Positions 9,799 through 19,907 of a stretch of DNA of 64,000 nt are shown here, piece by piece. The notes beneath the pieces are model-generated. The model did no database searches, was not told the DNA's origin, and saw only the letters and a program-made list of their open reading frames with translations. The stretch is taken from the NCBI GenBank assembly GCA_965116885.1, contig OZ220741.1, positions 3,936,001 to 4,000,000 on the forward strand. Direction: 5' to 3'. Position 1 is the stretch's first letter. Every line of letters begins with the position of its first letter. The translations under genes were made by a program, and so were the position numbers. The DNA comes from Candidatus Latescibacterota bacterium. GTDB lineage: Bacteria; Latescibacterota; UBA2968.

Positions 9799-10920
9799 AT
9801 GAGCCATACATACCGGGTCGGGGTGATCGGCTTTGCACATATGCATGTCAACAATGTTGCCGCGTTGTTTGCACAACACTCGCAGGTTGATATGGTAGCC
9901 TGTGCGGATACCGTGCCGACGGTTCCCGAGTTGCGCGCCGCGCCGTACACTCGTGGGTGGAACATGAAAAACGCGCTGAACGCGATAGGGATTCCGAAAG
10001 CGTACGAAGATTATCGAGAGATGCTGGCGAAGGAAGCGCTCGACATCGCAATCTGCACGACCGAAAATGCGCGCCACCCGGAAGTGGTGGCCGCCTGCGC
10101 GCAGGCGAATGCTCATGTATGCGTAGAGAAACCGATGGCAATGTCGATGTCTGATGCGTTGCAGATGGCCCGCGCTTGCGAAGCCGCAGGGGTGACAATG
10201 GCGGTGAATTGGCCGATTACGTGGCGTCCTGCTGCGAGAAAGGCCAAAGAGCTGATTGATCAAGGCGTGATCGGTCGCGTACTCGAAGTCCGTTGGCGGG
10301 GTGGTCACCGCGGACCGCTCGGGGCGGGTGTTAGTCATGCAGGCGTAAGCGGAGGTGCGGAAGCGATGAACGAGCGGGAGCTGGGTGCTACCTGGTGGCA
10401 TCGCGCGTCGGATGGCGGGGGTGCGATGCTGGACTTCTGTTCCTATGGAGCCCTTGTCGCGCGATGGTATATCGGTGAACCTGGCGTGTCGGCAATCGGA
10501 ATGCGAGCGAACTTGAATAGCCCGTGGGGTGACGCAGACGACAACGGCGTGATGATCGTCCGGTTTTCGCGTGCAATGGGCGTGTTTGAGGGAACCTGGA
10601 CTACCAGGCATCAGGGAGTACCGAATGGTCCGATTGTATATGGGACGAAAGGCACGTTGGTGGCAGGGGGAGGTAGGGGCAAGCCAACTGTCCAGGTAGA
10701 GGCCGGTGAGAGTGCTACCTATTCGTGCGAGAGGTTGCCCCAGGGACGTCGTCAGATATCCGAGGAATTAATTCACCATCTGGACACGGGTGAGCCCTTA
10801 CATGAAACGTTGCAGGTAGGCATAAATCTCGATGCAACGGCTATTGTAGATGCTGGAATCCGGTCTGCTGATAGCGGGAAATTGGAGCCTGTGAACGGCC
10901 CGGATTGGGCAATCGGATAG
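9799..10920 (+). CDS. Gfo/Idh/MocA family oxidoreductase
   Basis: Rossmann RVGVIGFAH, EKPMA, GGGAMLDFCSYG; AGGAG RBS. Confidence 0.9.
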   Translation: MSHTYRVGVIGFAHMHVNNVAALFAQHSQVDMVACADTVPTVPELRAAPYTRGWNMKNALNAIGIPKAYEDYREMLAKEALDIAICTTENARHPEVVAACAQANAHVCVEKPMAMSMSDALQMARACEAAGVTMAVNWPITWRPAARKAKELIDQGVIGRVLEVRWRGGHRGPLGAGVSHAGVSGGAEAMNERELGATWWHRASDGGGAMLDFCSYGALVARWYIGEPGVSAIGMRANLNSPWGDADDNGVMIVRFSRAMGVFEGTWTTRHQGVPNGPIVYGTKGTLVAGGGRGKPTVQVEAGESATYSCERLPQGRRQISEELIHHLDTGEPLHETLQVGINLDATAIVDAGIRSADSGKLEPVNGPDWAIG

Positions 10921-11038
10921 CAGGGTGAAAGGAGATTGTGTGCAAAATTCGGATGGGACCATCGTTGTGAGCGATGTCGCGAAGTGGGAGATGGATGCGA
11001 CGAATCCCTTGTGATAAAGGAGTGAAGGGAGTAGTGCA

Positions 11039-12400
11039 ATGGGAAAACAAAATATTGAGAAGCCGAATATCGTCTATATCATGCTGGATGAGTGGGGATA
11101 CTTTGAGTGGTCCGCCATGGACCATCCCATTCTTCAGACGCCCAATATCGACAAGATGGCGTCTGAGGGCATCCAGTTTACTCAGATGCTTGCGGGAGGC
11201 AATGTCTGTGCTCCGACGCGTTGTGCACTGATGACAGGTCAGCATACGGGACATACAACGATCCGCGCAAATGGCGGCGGTCTGGCACTGCGTACAGATG
11301 ATGTGACCATCGCTGAAATGCTCAAAGCCGAGGGCTACGCTACTGGTGGCTTCGGCAAGTGGGGCCTGGGCGATGCCGGGACAACGGGTGTGCCAGAGAA
11401 ACACGGCTTTGATACCTTCTTCGGTTATTATCATCAGGTGCATGCACACACTTACTATCCGAGATACCTTCTCCACAATAGCGAGAAGATGTATCTGGAG
11501 GGGAATACAGGTGATTTCCACACTGGCGAGGTGTTCTCCCATGGCCTCATCTATGAAGAGGGGCTGAAGTTCATACGAGAGAACAAAGATCGCCCGTTCT
11601 TTGCCTATCTTCCGTGGACGCCTCCGCACGGCCAGTGGATGATGCCCGAATCGGATCCAGCATGGCAGAAGTACAGGGACGTGAAATGGGATGCCACGAA
11701 CCAGAGAGGATCTTACGATGCACAGATGTACGCCGCGATGATGGAAATGGCTGATCGCCAGATCGGTGAGATCATGGATCTGCTGAAGGCGCTGAAGATC
11801 GACGAGAAGACCATCATTTTTGCTTGCGGCGACAATGGTGGCGCGCCTTATTTTGCAAATGATAATCATCCGCATGGCTTTTTTGCCCCCAATCTGAATC
11901 CCGGGACGGGCGAACGTTTCCGTGGGGGCAAGGGCAATTTCTATGAAGGCGGGCTACGGGTTCCCTTCATTGTCCGGTGGCCGGGTCAGATCGAGCCGGG
12001 AACGGTTTCTGATCATCTGGGATACTTTCCGGATGTAATGCCCACTCTGGCGGAATTAACGGGGGCGAAGTCCGGGTCTGAGATTGATGGTATTTCGATC
12101 GCGCCCACATTGCGCGGTGAGACCGGGCGCACGCAGGCGCAGCACGAGTACCTGTACTGGGAGGATCGGAAAAGTTGCGCTGTTCGTATGGGGAGTTGGA
12201 AAGCCGTGAGACCAGACAATGACGGGCCGTTTGAGTTGTATGACTTGAGCACAGATGTAGAAGAACTGAACGATGTTGCTGCTCAGTATTCTGACATTCT
12301 CGAGAAGATGACGCAGTATGCCGGGGATGCTCACACACCGGTTCGCGAAGGCGAGATTCTCGATCCATCTATGGGATTCAAAGGACACGATGAGGATTAG
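11039..12400 (+). CDS. Arylsulfatase-family sulfatase
   Basis: PNIVYIMLDE, CAPTRCALMTG, GKWGLG, QVHAHTYYP, DNG, GGKGNFYEGG. Confidence 0.93.
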   Translation: MGKQNIEKPNIVYIMLDEWGYFEWSAMDHPILQTPNIDKMASEGIQFTQMLAGGNVCAPTRCALMTGQHTGHTTIRANGGGLALRTDDVTIAEMLKAEGYATGGFGKWGLGDAGTTGVPEKHGFDTFFGYYHQVHAHTYYPRYLLHNSEKMYLEGNTGDFHTGEVFSHGLIYEEGLKFIRENKDRPFFAYLPWTPPHGQWMMPESDPAWQKYRDVKWDATNQRGSYDAQMYAAMMEMADRQIGEIMDLLKALKIDEKTIIFACGDNGGAPYFANDNHPHGFFAPNLNPGTGERFRGGKGNFYEGGLRVPFIVRWPGQIEPGTVSDHLGYFPDVMPTLAELTGAKSGSEIDGISIAPTLRGETGRTQAQHEYLYWEDRKSCAVRMGSWKAVRPDNDGPFELYDLSTDVEELNDVAAQYSDILEKMTQYAGDAHTPVREGEILDPSMGFKGHDED

Positions 12401-12407
12401 GTCGTTC

Positions 12408-13772
12408 ATGGCAGACACTAAAGCAAACAAAAGCAATCAACCCAATGTGCTCTTTATCGCCATTGACGATCTATGCGGTTGTCCCGATGCGATGAATGGA
12501 GAAACCTCTGTTCACACTCCCAATATGAATGCGCTTGCCCAAAAGGGCGTGTATTTTACCAATGCACATTGTGCAGCGCCTGCGTGCAATCCTTCACGTG
12601 TAAGTGTGATGACCGGATTGGCACCATCGACATCGGGCGTGTATCTCAACAGGCAGGACTGGCGAGATTGTAAGAACCTGAGAGATAGGGTTACACTGCC
12701 TCAATATTTTAAGGACAAGGGGTACAAAACCCTTGGCGGCGGAAAGGTGTACCACGGGGCGACCCTGAGCGAAAAGATGTATGAGGGATATCTCGATCCC
12801 CGCCCCTGGGACGAATACTTTCCATCGAAGAACCGTCAAATGCCTCGGGAAGTCGCGCCAGATGTTTGGCCTGTAAATGGGAGCAAAAAGTTTTATCGCG
12901 GATATTTTGATTGGGCGGCATTGGATATTGAAACTGGAGAAATGGCCGATGCCAAAGTCGTGTCGTGGGCAGAGCAACAACTGTCTCGAGACCATGGTCA
13001 GCCTTTGTTTCTGGCCGTGGGGATCTATCGACCGCATATTCCATGGTATGTGCCAGAAGAATATTTCGAGAGACATCCCTATGACGAAGTTGCAGTACCT
13101 GAGGTTCTTGAAAGCGATCTGGATGATGTGCCAGAAGCAGGTCAGGCGATGGCCAGGCGTACATGGCACAAATGGATGGTTGAAAATGACAAATGGAAAG
13201 AGGCTGTTCAGGCATATCATGCGGCTGTCAGTTTTACCGATGACATGATTGGGCGTCTATTGGCTGCACTTCAAAACGGGCCTCACGCCGAAAAAACTAT
13301 TATTGTATTGTGGTCAGACAATGGGTATCATCTGGGGCAAAAGGAGCATTGGGAGAAATTTGCATTGTGGGAGCAGACCACGCGGGTACCGATGATCATC
13401 GTTGCGCCTGGAGAAATTGTCTCGGGCAAGGTCTGCAAGCAGGCTGTCAGCCTGCTCGATATTTATCCCACGCTGATCGAATTGTCTGGCGGCAAAATAT
13501 CAGGAGATTTCGATGGCGTGAGTCTGGTCCCTTTGCTGCATAACCCAGAGGAAGAGACCCATCGCGCAGTGGTCTGTACACAGGGATTCAATAACCATGC
13601 CGTAAGATCGGATAGGTGGCGTTATATCCGATATGAAGACGGCTCGGAAGAATTATACGACCATCAAAACGATGGGAAAGAGTTCCACAATCTGGCAGAT
13701 CGGGAAGCGTATGTTTCCGTCAAACGAGAACTGGTAGCCTGGTTGCCAAAACACAATGCGGAACCACAATAG
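12408..13772 (+). CDS. Sulfatase, iduronate-2-sulfatase-like
   Basis: PNVLFIAIDDL, CNPSRVS, GKVYH, YRPHIPW, HWEKFALWE; start moved to ATG 12408 to avoid overlap. Confidence 0.9.
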   Translation: MADTKANKSNQPNVLFIAIDDLCGCPDAMNGETSVHTPNMNALAQKGVYFTNAHCAAPACNPSRVSVMTGLAPSTSGVYLNRQDWRDCKNLRDRVTLPQYFKDKGYKTLGGGKVYHGATLSEKMYEGYLDPRPWDEYFPSKNRQMPREVAPDVWPVNGSKKFYRGYFDWAALDIETGEMADAKVVSWAEQQLSRDHGQPLFLAVGIYRPHIPWYVPEEYFERHPYDEVAVPEVLESDLDDVPEAGQAMARRTWHKWMVENDKWKEAVQAYHAAVSFTDDMIGRLLAALQNGPHAEKTIIVLWSDNGYHLGQKEHWEKFALWEQTTRVPMIIVAPGEIVSGKVCKQAVSLLDIYPTLIELSGGKISGDFDGVSLVPLLHNPEEETHRAVVCTQGFNNHAVRSDRWRYIRYEDGSEELYDHQNDGKEFHNLADREAYVSVKRELVAWLPKHNAEPQ

Positions 13773-13796
13773 ATGGTAACAAACAGGGAGAAGGCT

Positions 13797-14573
13797 ATGA
13801 AACTCACCACTGAACAAATCAGTGAATTTTACCACCGAGGGTATGTCAAAATCCCCGGTGTGATCTCAAAATCAATGGTTGATACGGCTCGTCAAGCGAT
13901 CAACTATTCTATCGGTACACTCAGCCCGAAGGGTCTGAATTTGGCAAAGCACCACGGTGGTGGTGAGGTCGTCAGCAACCTCAATAGCAGCCCAATGATC
14001 AAGGATCTGTACCACAAAAGCCCTGTCATTTCTCTGACCGAATCTCTACTGGGCAAAGGAAATCTTAAAGTCCCCATTGGCAGGACAACTCCCGCCTCGC
14101 GTTTTCCCAATGTCCTGGGCAAAGCACCGCCCGAACCGACCGGTCACATCGATAATATGGGCAATGGGAGAAACGGCAAACCAAAAGGTTCCTATCACCG
14201 GGGCTTTACCTGCTTTGGCATCATCTATCTCGCCGATGTACCCGAGCCTTATAGTGGGAATTTCACAGTCTGGCCCGGGTCTCATCACGTCTATGAAGAC
14301 TATCTCAATAAGGAGGGCATTGAAATTCTCTCCAATGGACAGCCACGTATCGACCAGCCCGAGCCACCGGATATGATCACCGGTCAGGCAGGGGATCTCA
14401 TTCTCGCTCATTTTTTAGTGTATCACTGCGCCAGTCCCAATGCTTCTCCCAATATTCGCTATGCCACAATTGCCCGCATGAGCCATGTTGATTGCGCGAA
14501 AAACGGCAACGACTGCTTCACCGACATCTGGCGAGAATTTTCCTGTGTCCGCGAAGTGATGGGCCTTGACTGA
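13797..14573 (+). CDS. PhyH-family dioxygenase
   Basis: LTTEQISEFYHRGY, GHID, GNFTVWPGSH, AGD.IL.H...YH...N....R; ATG 13797 follows GGAGAAGG. Confidence 0.85.
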   Translation: MKLTTEQISEFYHRGYVKIPGVISKSMVDTARQAINYSIGTLSPKGLNLAKHHGGGEVVSNLNSSPMIKDLYHKSPVISLTESLLGKGNLKVPIGRTTPASRFPNVLGKAPPEPTGHIDNMGNGRNGKPKGSYHRGFTCFGIIYLADVPEPYSGNFTVWPGSHHVYEDYLNKEGIEILSNGQPRIDQPEPPDMITGQAGDLILAHFLVYHCASPNASPNIRYATIARMSHVDCAKNGNDCFTDIWREFSCVREVMGLD

Positions 14574-14635
14574 GAATTTTAAGCCACTGATGTGAAGGAG
14601 ATTGTGGCGGCCGAAAAGGCAACGGGCTACAGCTA

Positions 14636-16603
14636 TCATTGCTTACCCGGCAGATTTTTTGCACGGTTCACGAGATCATGGACATCCATGTATGGTTCGG
14701 GGGCTGTGGACCTCCAGACGACCTCGCCGGTCTCATCCAGCAGGACTGTGCCGTGCGCTGGGCCGGTGTGGGCCATTCCAAACCAGCCTGCCCATTTGCC
14801 AGCAGTGTCTGAGATAAGGCTCGACGACAGCGCAGCAACTCTCTCCTGGTCTGGATCGGATTCTGGCGTGATGATCACCAGATTGATGTCATTTTCCCGA
14901 AGCACCTCATCGAACAAACGCGCGTGCTCGTAACAATGCCCGCATTGAACGCCAGTGATGAATGTGACGACGGTCGTCTTGCCAGTGATCAAGCTGAGTT
15001 GCTCGGGATCTTCCACAACCAGGAACTGTCCCATCATCCCGTTGTCTTCGTGTTCCAGGATGTGGCAGTGGTACATGTATGGTACCTGAGGATCAGCATA
15101 TCGATCGAAGGCCATGATGATCCGAACGCGCTCACCTGGAGGCACCAGGACTGTGTCCTTCCAACCGAGGTCGGCACCTGTGGGCGGTTGGCCGTTGCGG
15201 TCGAGAATTTGAAACTGGACCGGATGGAGGTGGAAAGGGTGCGGCTGACCGCCGCGATTGTGTACTTCCCAAATCTCAATGTCTCCCAATCGCACGACCT
15301 CATCAATTCTCGCCATATCCATTGTCTTGCCGTTGATCGGTGGTCCCCCTCGACCTCCTCGACCTCCCCGTCCCCCTCGTCCTCCTTGTCCTCGTTCGCC
15401 TTGTAGAGCCTCCAGATTCCGGGTGATGCGTTGTTGTATGTTTTGTAGTCGTCCCCCTCGTCCCCCTCGTCGGGGTCCAGCCAAAACCATCGGACGGGTT
15501 TTGGCGGCGAGTGAGGGATCGATGCGGGAGATGGTGTTGAGGCGCTCTGGCAATGCGTGAGATGCACGATTTGTCGGCTGGGGAACGATCTTTAACAATT
15601 GCCGATTCCCCGTGCCGATTCCCCATAAAAACGATATAATCGTTCTCCGCAATCCTGCTTCTGGGTAGCTTTTCAACACCACCTCAGCACCGTCGCTGAA
15701 GTCAACCAGGATCTCGGCTCGCTCGCCGGGTGCGAGGATCACGCGGTTGGTTTGGAGGGGCGTCTCGAGGAATCCGCCATCTGTGGCGATCTGATGAAAC
15801 TCGCGGTTGTCGTCAAAGCCGATATAGTAGATACGCGCATTCGAGCCGTTTAACAGCCTGAATCGAATGCGACGCGACTCAACCTGGAGAAATGGATTAT
15901 AGGTCCCATTGATCAGCATGGTGTTTCCATAGACGGCTCCCTGATTTCGGGCAAAGCGAAACACACCATCGTTGTCAAACAGTCGATCCTGGAGCACGAT
16001 TGGAATGTCGTCAACGCCGTAGGTCTTTGGCAGGTCCAGCGCATCACTGTTATCGTCATCGATCCACAGGAGGCCAGCGACTCCCCGATAGACCTGCCGC
16101 CCCGTACTGCCATGCGAATGCGGGTGGTACCACAGCGGAGCGGCCTGTTGATCGACCGGAAAGCTGGCAGTCCATGATTCTCCAGGCTCGATTTTCTGAT
16201 GTGGTGTGCCGTCCATGCGAGCGGGAACGTGCATTCCGTGCCAGTGCATTGTCGTTATTTCATTCAGGTTGTTCTGGACGATGAGATCGACATCTTCGCC
16301 TCGACGCAGTCGTAGTGTCGGTCCCAGATACGGGCCGTTAACGCCAGCTGTCGGTGTTTGTTTACCGGGAAAGAACTCTCGGCTTCCTTCGGCAACGGTC
16401 AGGTGAAATTGCCGCCGCCCATCCACAACGGTTCCAAATAACTGTTCGGGAATCAGCAGTTTATTCTCAAAGGTCAACCCGCTATTTGTGGCTCGGATGA
16501 ACAACAGCCAGTAGCAGGTCGCGCCCAATAACAGTACGATAATCAACAGTTCTATTGTGGTTGGCTTCAGCCGTCGGGACCTGGTCACCGTATTTGCAGG
16601 CAT
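14636..16603 (-). CDS. Multicopper oxidase (CueO/SufI-like) with C-terminal thioredoxin-fold/redoxin domain
   Basis: All copper motifs present: HWHG, WYHPH, HPFHLH, YHCHILEHEDNGMM; N-terminal hydrophobic segment; extra about 115-aa tail with VVTFITGVQCGHC. Confidence 0.9.
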   Translation of the reverse strand: MPANTVTRSRRLKPTTIELLIIVLLLGATCYWLLFIRATNSGLTFENKLLIPEQLFGTVVDGRRQFHLTVAEGSREFFPGKQTPTAGVNGPYLGPTLRLRRGEDVDLIVQNNLNEITTMHWHGMHVPARMDGTPHQKIEPGESWTASFPVDQQAAPLWYHPHSHGSTGRQVYRGVAGLLWIDDDNSDALDLPKTYGVDDIPIVLQDRLFDNDGVFRFARNQGAVYGNTMLINGTYNPFLQVESRRIRFRLLNGSNARIYYIGFDDNREFHQIATDGGFLETPLQTNRVILAPGERAEILVDFSDGAEVVLKSYPEAGLRRTIISFLWGIGTGNRQLLKIVPQPTNRASHALPERLNTISRIDPSLAAKTRPMVLAGPRRGGRGGRLQNIQQRITRNLEALQGERGQGGRGGRGGRGGRGGPPINGKTMDMARIDEVVRLGDIEIWEVHNRGGQPHPFHLHPVQFQILDRNGQPPTGADLGWKDTVLVPPGERVRIIMAFDRYADPQVPYMYHCHILEHEDNGMMGQFLVVEDPEQLSLITGKTTVVTFITGVQCGHCYEHARLFDEVLRENDINLVIITPESDPDQERVAALSSSLISDTAGKWAGWFGMAHTGPAHGTVLLDETGEVVWRSTAPEPYMDVHDLVNRAKNLPGKQ

Positions 16604-16712
16604 GCTTTCTCTTTATATGGGTGATCCGTATTGCGCGCTTGTGCGCGAGTGGTGTGACATCTTATTTGACAGTAGAAATTCGTGGCGCGTTCCATTCATT
16701 GCACATCCTAAT

Positions 16713-16748
16713 AAAAAAAGGTCGTGAGATTAGTTCTCATGACCTTTT
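16713..16748 (-). terminator. Intrinsic terminator, possibly bidirectional
   Basis: aaaaggtcgtgaga-ttagt-tctcatgacctttt hairpin with an A7 tract on the left, downstream of the minus-strand FAH gene. Confidence 0.75.
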
Positions 16749-16801
16749 GACTTTGATTATTAAAAAACTAAGTTACAAGAGCTGAATTCGTCCAAGCTAT
16801 T

Positions 16802-17641
16802 TTACCAACGCCTCTTTAGCGAATCGTGGACACTGACCTCCAGGTGAGGACCGAATTCCTCGATCTCCAACCGGACCTTGAACCCATCCTGAATCGGTGA
16901 CAGGGCTTCGTGATGGGTGCCGGTTGCAACGACATCTCCTGGCTCCAGAGTGATGACGCTGGTAATTTCCTCCAGCAACTCGGGAATGTGGCGGGCCATA
17001 TCGCCTGTAGAAAAATTGTGTTTGAGGGTGTTGTTGACCCATAGCTTCACGGAAAGATCATTTGGATTTGATACCTCATCGGCAGTCACCAGAGCCGGTC
17101 CGAGGGGGGCAAATGTGTGCCAGCTTTTTCCCAGGAAGAAACCACCGGGCAATCCGCGAGCCGAAACATCTATGAACTGTGTGTAACCAAAGACGTGGTC
17201 CAGCGCGTCGGCTTGCGAGAGGTGGCTGGCCCTCTTGCCGATTACCAGAGCCAATTCTGGCTCAAAATGGAAAACACTCGCTTCGGCGTCCGGGAGTTCA
17301 ACCGTGCTGCCGGTAGGCATCACGCTGGTGTTGGCCTTGAGAAATCCATTGAACAGACCGCGCTCCGGATGCCCCGGCTCGATATAATTACCAGCGGCGC
17401 ACATGAGTTGGCCGGGGCGGGGTAGGGGCGATTGCAAAGTCACCGTATCGAGAGCGACACCATTCCCACCATCTATGGCACTTTCGATTCTGGACTGCAT
17501 GGCATCCCAATCAGTAATGATCATCTGCATCATTTCTTGGGCGTTGTGATGTCCCAGGTCTGCGACCGAATTACCAACTGGAATAACCGTATCGCCTTGC
17601 AAAACGCCCAGTTGAAAGTCATTGTAGAGTACGAGTTTCAT
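16802..17641 (-). CDS. Fumarylacetoacetate hydrolase family protein
   Basis: CAAGNY, FEPELALVIGK, DVSAR, GKSWHTFAPLGP, TLEPGDVVATGT. Confidence 0.92.
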   Translation of the reverse strand: MKLVLYNDFQLGVLQGDTVIPVGNSVADLGHHNAQEMMQMIITDWDAMQSRIESAIDGGNGVALDTVTLQSPLPRPGQLMCAAGNYIEPGHPERGLFNGFLKANTSVMPTGSTVELPDAEASVFHFEPELALVIGKRASHLSQADALDHVFGYTQFIDVSARGLPGGFFLGKSWHTFAPLGPALVTADEVSNPNDLSVKLWVNNTLKHNFSTGDMARHIPELLEEITSVITLEPGDVVATGTHHEALSPIQDGFKVRLEIEEFGPHLEVSVHDSLKRRW

Positions 17642-17693
17642 GAGAGTTTCCTCCTGAAAAAAGATGTTAATATGGATTTAAAGGTTGGATGGG

Positions 17694-19691
17694 TTAAGCC
17701 TGATTGATCATCAACGCATTTACAGAGTGCGGAGAGAGCGATATCTTAAAGTTGGAGCCTCCAATTGGGATTTCGCGTGTGTTAATCGCAACTTTATTGG
17801 GTGAATCCCAGTCGTTTCGAGACATGTAACTCTCACCGGCAATGGTTTGGAGTTCTGCGGTATTAGCTGGGGCGAAGTTGCTGAGTTCGCAAGTGATCTC
17901 GATTTCTTCGGTGGGATGGCGATTTTGCGCCAGTATAATCAAGCCATTATCCCAGATCGCTGCAAGGGCGTCAATGTAAGGCAGGTTGGACCCCATCATG
18001 ATGGATTTAATGTTCGCTGTGAAGGTTGGTGATGAGGTGACGGAATGCACAAGGGTCGCCTCGGGAAGATTGCCGTAGAGGTGTGATACCCAGTGAACCG
18101 GAGCCGGGTAAACGATCTCCCGCTCCTTCTTCAGGCCACCTCCGTGATTTACCAACGCACTGTGGGTAAACATCTCGACGAGATCACCTTGCCGCATTGC
18201 GCTGTGTAACGCGCCTGCCAGATAGAGCGACTCCGCTTGTGTGGCATTCGTCGGTAAGTGGGGAACGCCACACATAATCTGATGCTCCGTGACGGCGATT
18301 TTCACATCCGGGTTGTACGGCGTAGCCTGAGCTTTTAATTCTTTGAGTTTATCATCGTACGAGGCGATATAGCCCATGAGGGACAGGTAAACCGCTTCGG
18401 CATCCTTTTCCCGACGCGCCCCGCCACCGGTAAGGGTGTGCAAAGATAGTGACCGGACGAGTTTTCCTTTCCGCTTGACCAGAGGCTTGTTCCATTCGAG
18501 TGACTGGCCATTGGCGATGATCAGCAATTCGGGATCGACCTGGAGCATCGCCGTGCGGAAGGCTTCGTACCTTTCGGCGTATTCTTCTGGCGTACAGTGA
18601 CCCATTTGCCAACGGCCGTATAGCTCATTTCCGATTTCCCAGTATCGAATGTTGTAGGGTTCTGGATGGCCGTATTCGGCTCTGAGTGCGCCGTTTGGTG
18701 TGTCGGTTCCGCCATTGCAGTATTCCACCCAATCCGCCGCTTCCTGTGGTGTTCCATTTCCCGCGTTCACGCAAATCAGTGGCTCACAGCCCACCGCCCT
18801 GCAGAAGTCTATGAACTCGTCTGTTCCAACGTGATTGGGTTCGATAATGGGCCACGCGGGATTTGGCAAAACGGGACGCTTGTCCGCGGGGCCAACACCA
18901 TCTCGCCAATGGTACCCCGATACAAAATTTCCTCCAGGATATCGCAGCAAGGGAAGGCGTGATTCTTTTAGTATTTGGATAACGTCCGGGTCAAAGCCAG
19001 AGATGTGATCGTCTGGAAAGAGAAATACCTGATCAATCCACACCTGGCCACGATTGGGAAGGCTGATCCGAAATTCAACTGCCTCACCTTTTTTGAGTGA
19101 ATCGGCTGGAAGTTGGAGATCGGCTGTGTAGGCGGACCAGTCGTCTGTAAGACCGGTTACTTCGGCTTGTGCAAGTACCTCGCCGGATGATGCTTTTGCG
19201 AGTGCGATTCGGATGGATTTGGCTTGCCCTCTTGCGTAGAAGGAGGCCGTGTAGCTCAATATCCTGTGGGCTGGCAAGTAGGTCGATTGGCGGATTCCCG
19301 CTTCAGACCCAGGGACTGTGATTCTCTGACTCGTGCGGGAGTTGTACGGGTTAAGCCAGTCAATGAGATAGGTCGCATCTTCTGAGCCGTAGGGCAGCCA
19401 TCGGTAGGCGATACCCCTTTCGTAGGCGGATCTGTGTCGCTCGATATCGAGGTCCCTTAGACGGTCGGCCTCTGGCGTCCAGATCCGGCTAAAGAAAGAC
19501 CAGTCTGCGAAGGAAGTGTTCTCTAAGATCTGCGCCCACATCCCATTGTAGATGTTGCGACCGAGATGCTCTGTGAATTTTCCGAAAAGATTTCGATTGA
19601 TGGGTTTATCCGCTTTCCGATTGCAATCAATGAATACACGAGCCTCACCATCGGTAGGCACGATTTGGATTAGAGGGTCAGAGTCGAGCAT
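17694..19691 (-). CDS. Alpha-L-arabinofuranosidase-like glycoside hydrolase family 51 with a CBM-like insert
   Basis: FGKFTEHLGR.IY.G, RYPGGNFVSGYHWRDGVGP, GTDEF, WEIGNE, AVTE; ATG 19691 has a GGAGA RBS. Confidence 0.9.
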   Translation of the reverse strand: MLDSDPLIQIVPTDGEARVFIDCNRKADKPINRNLFGKFTEHLGRNIYNGMWAQILENTSFADWSFFSRIWTPEADRLRDLDIERHRSAYERGIAYRWLPYGSEDATYLIDWLNPYNSRTSQRITVPGSEAGIRQSTYLPAHRILSYTASFYARGQAKSIRIALAKASSGEVLAQAEVTGLTDDWSAYTADLQLPADSLKKGEAVEFRISLPNRGQVWIDQVFLFPDDHISGFDPDVIQILKESRLPLLRYPGGNFVSGYHWRDGVGPADKRPVLPNPAWPIIEPNHVGTDEFIDFCRAVGCEPLICVNAGNGTPQEAADWVEYCNGGTDTPNGALRAEYGHPEPYNIRYWEIGNELYGRWQMGHCTPEEYAERYEAFRTAMLQVDPELLIIANGQSLEWNKPLVKRKGKLVRSLSLHTLTGGGARREKDAEAVYLSLMGYIASYDDKLKELKAQATPYNPDVKIAVTEHQIMCGVPHLPTNATQAESLYLAGALHSAMRQGDLVEMFTHSALVNHGGGLKKEREIVYPAPVHWVSHLYGNLPEATLVHSVTSSPTFTANIKSIMMGSNLPYIDALAAIWDNGLIILAQNRHPTEEIEITCELSNFAPANTAELQTIAGESYMSRNDWDSPNKVAINTREIPIGGSNFKISLSPHSVNALMINQA

Positions 19692-19907
19692 AGATTGATC
19701 TCCAGGATTTGGATGATGGCGGTTGCATCCGAGTCCAGTAAACAGGGCCAATATAAGACATTTTCCCGGGGATTGAAAATCTGAATGATGGCTTGCGATT
19801 TCTTTTACAGGTACTATATTGAGAGGCCACACCGACTTTCAAACTCACGACGAAGGACATGCCTACTTTCAAGAACTGATTGAAAAGGCCATTGTTGAGG
19901 ATTAATT

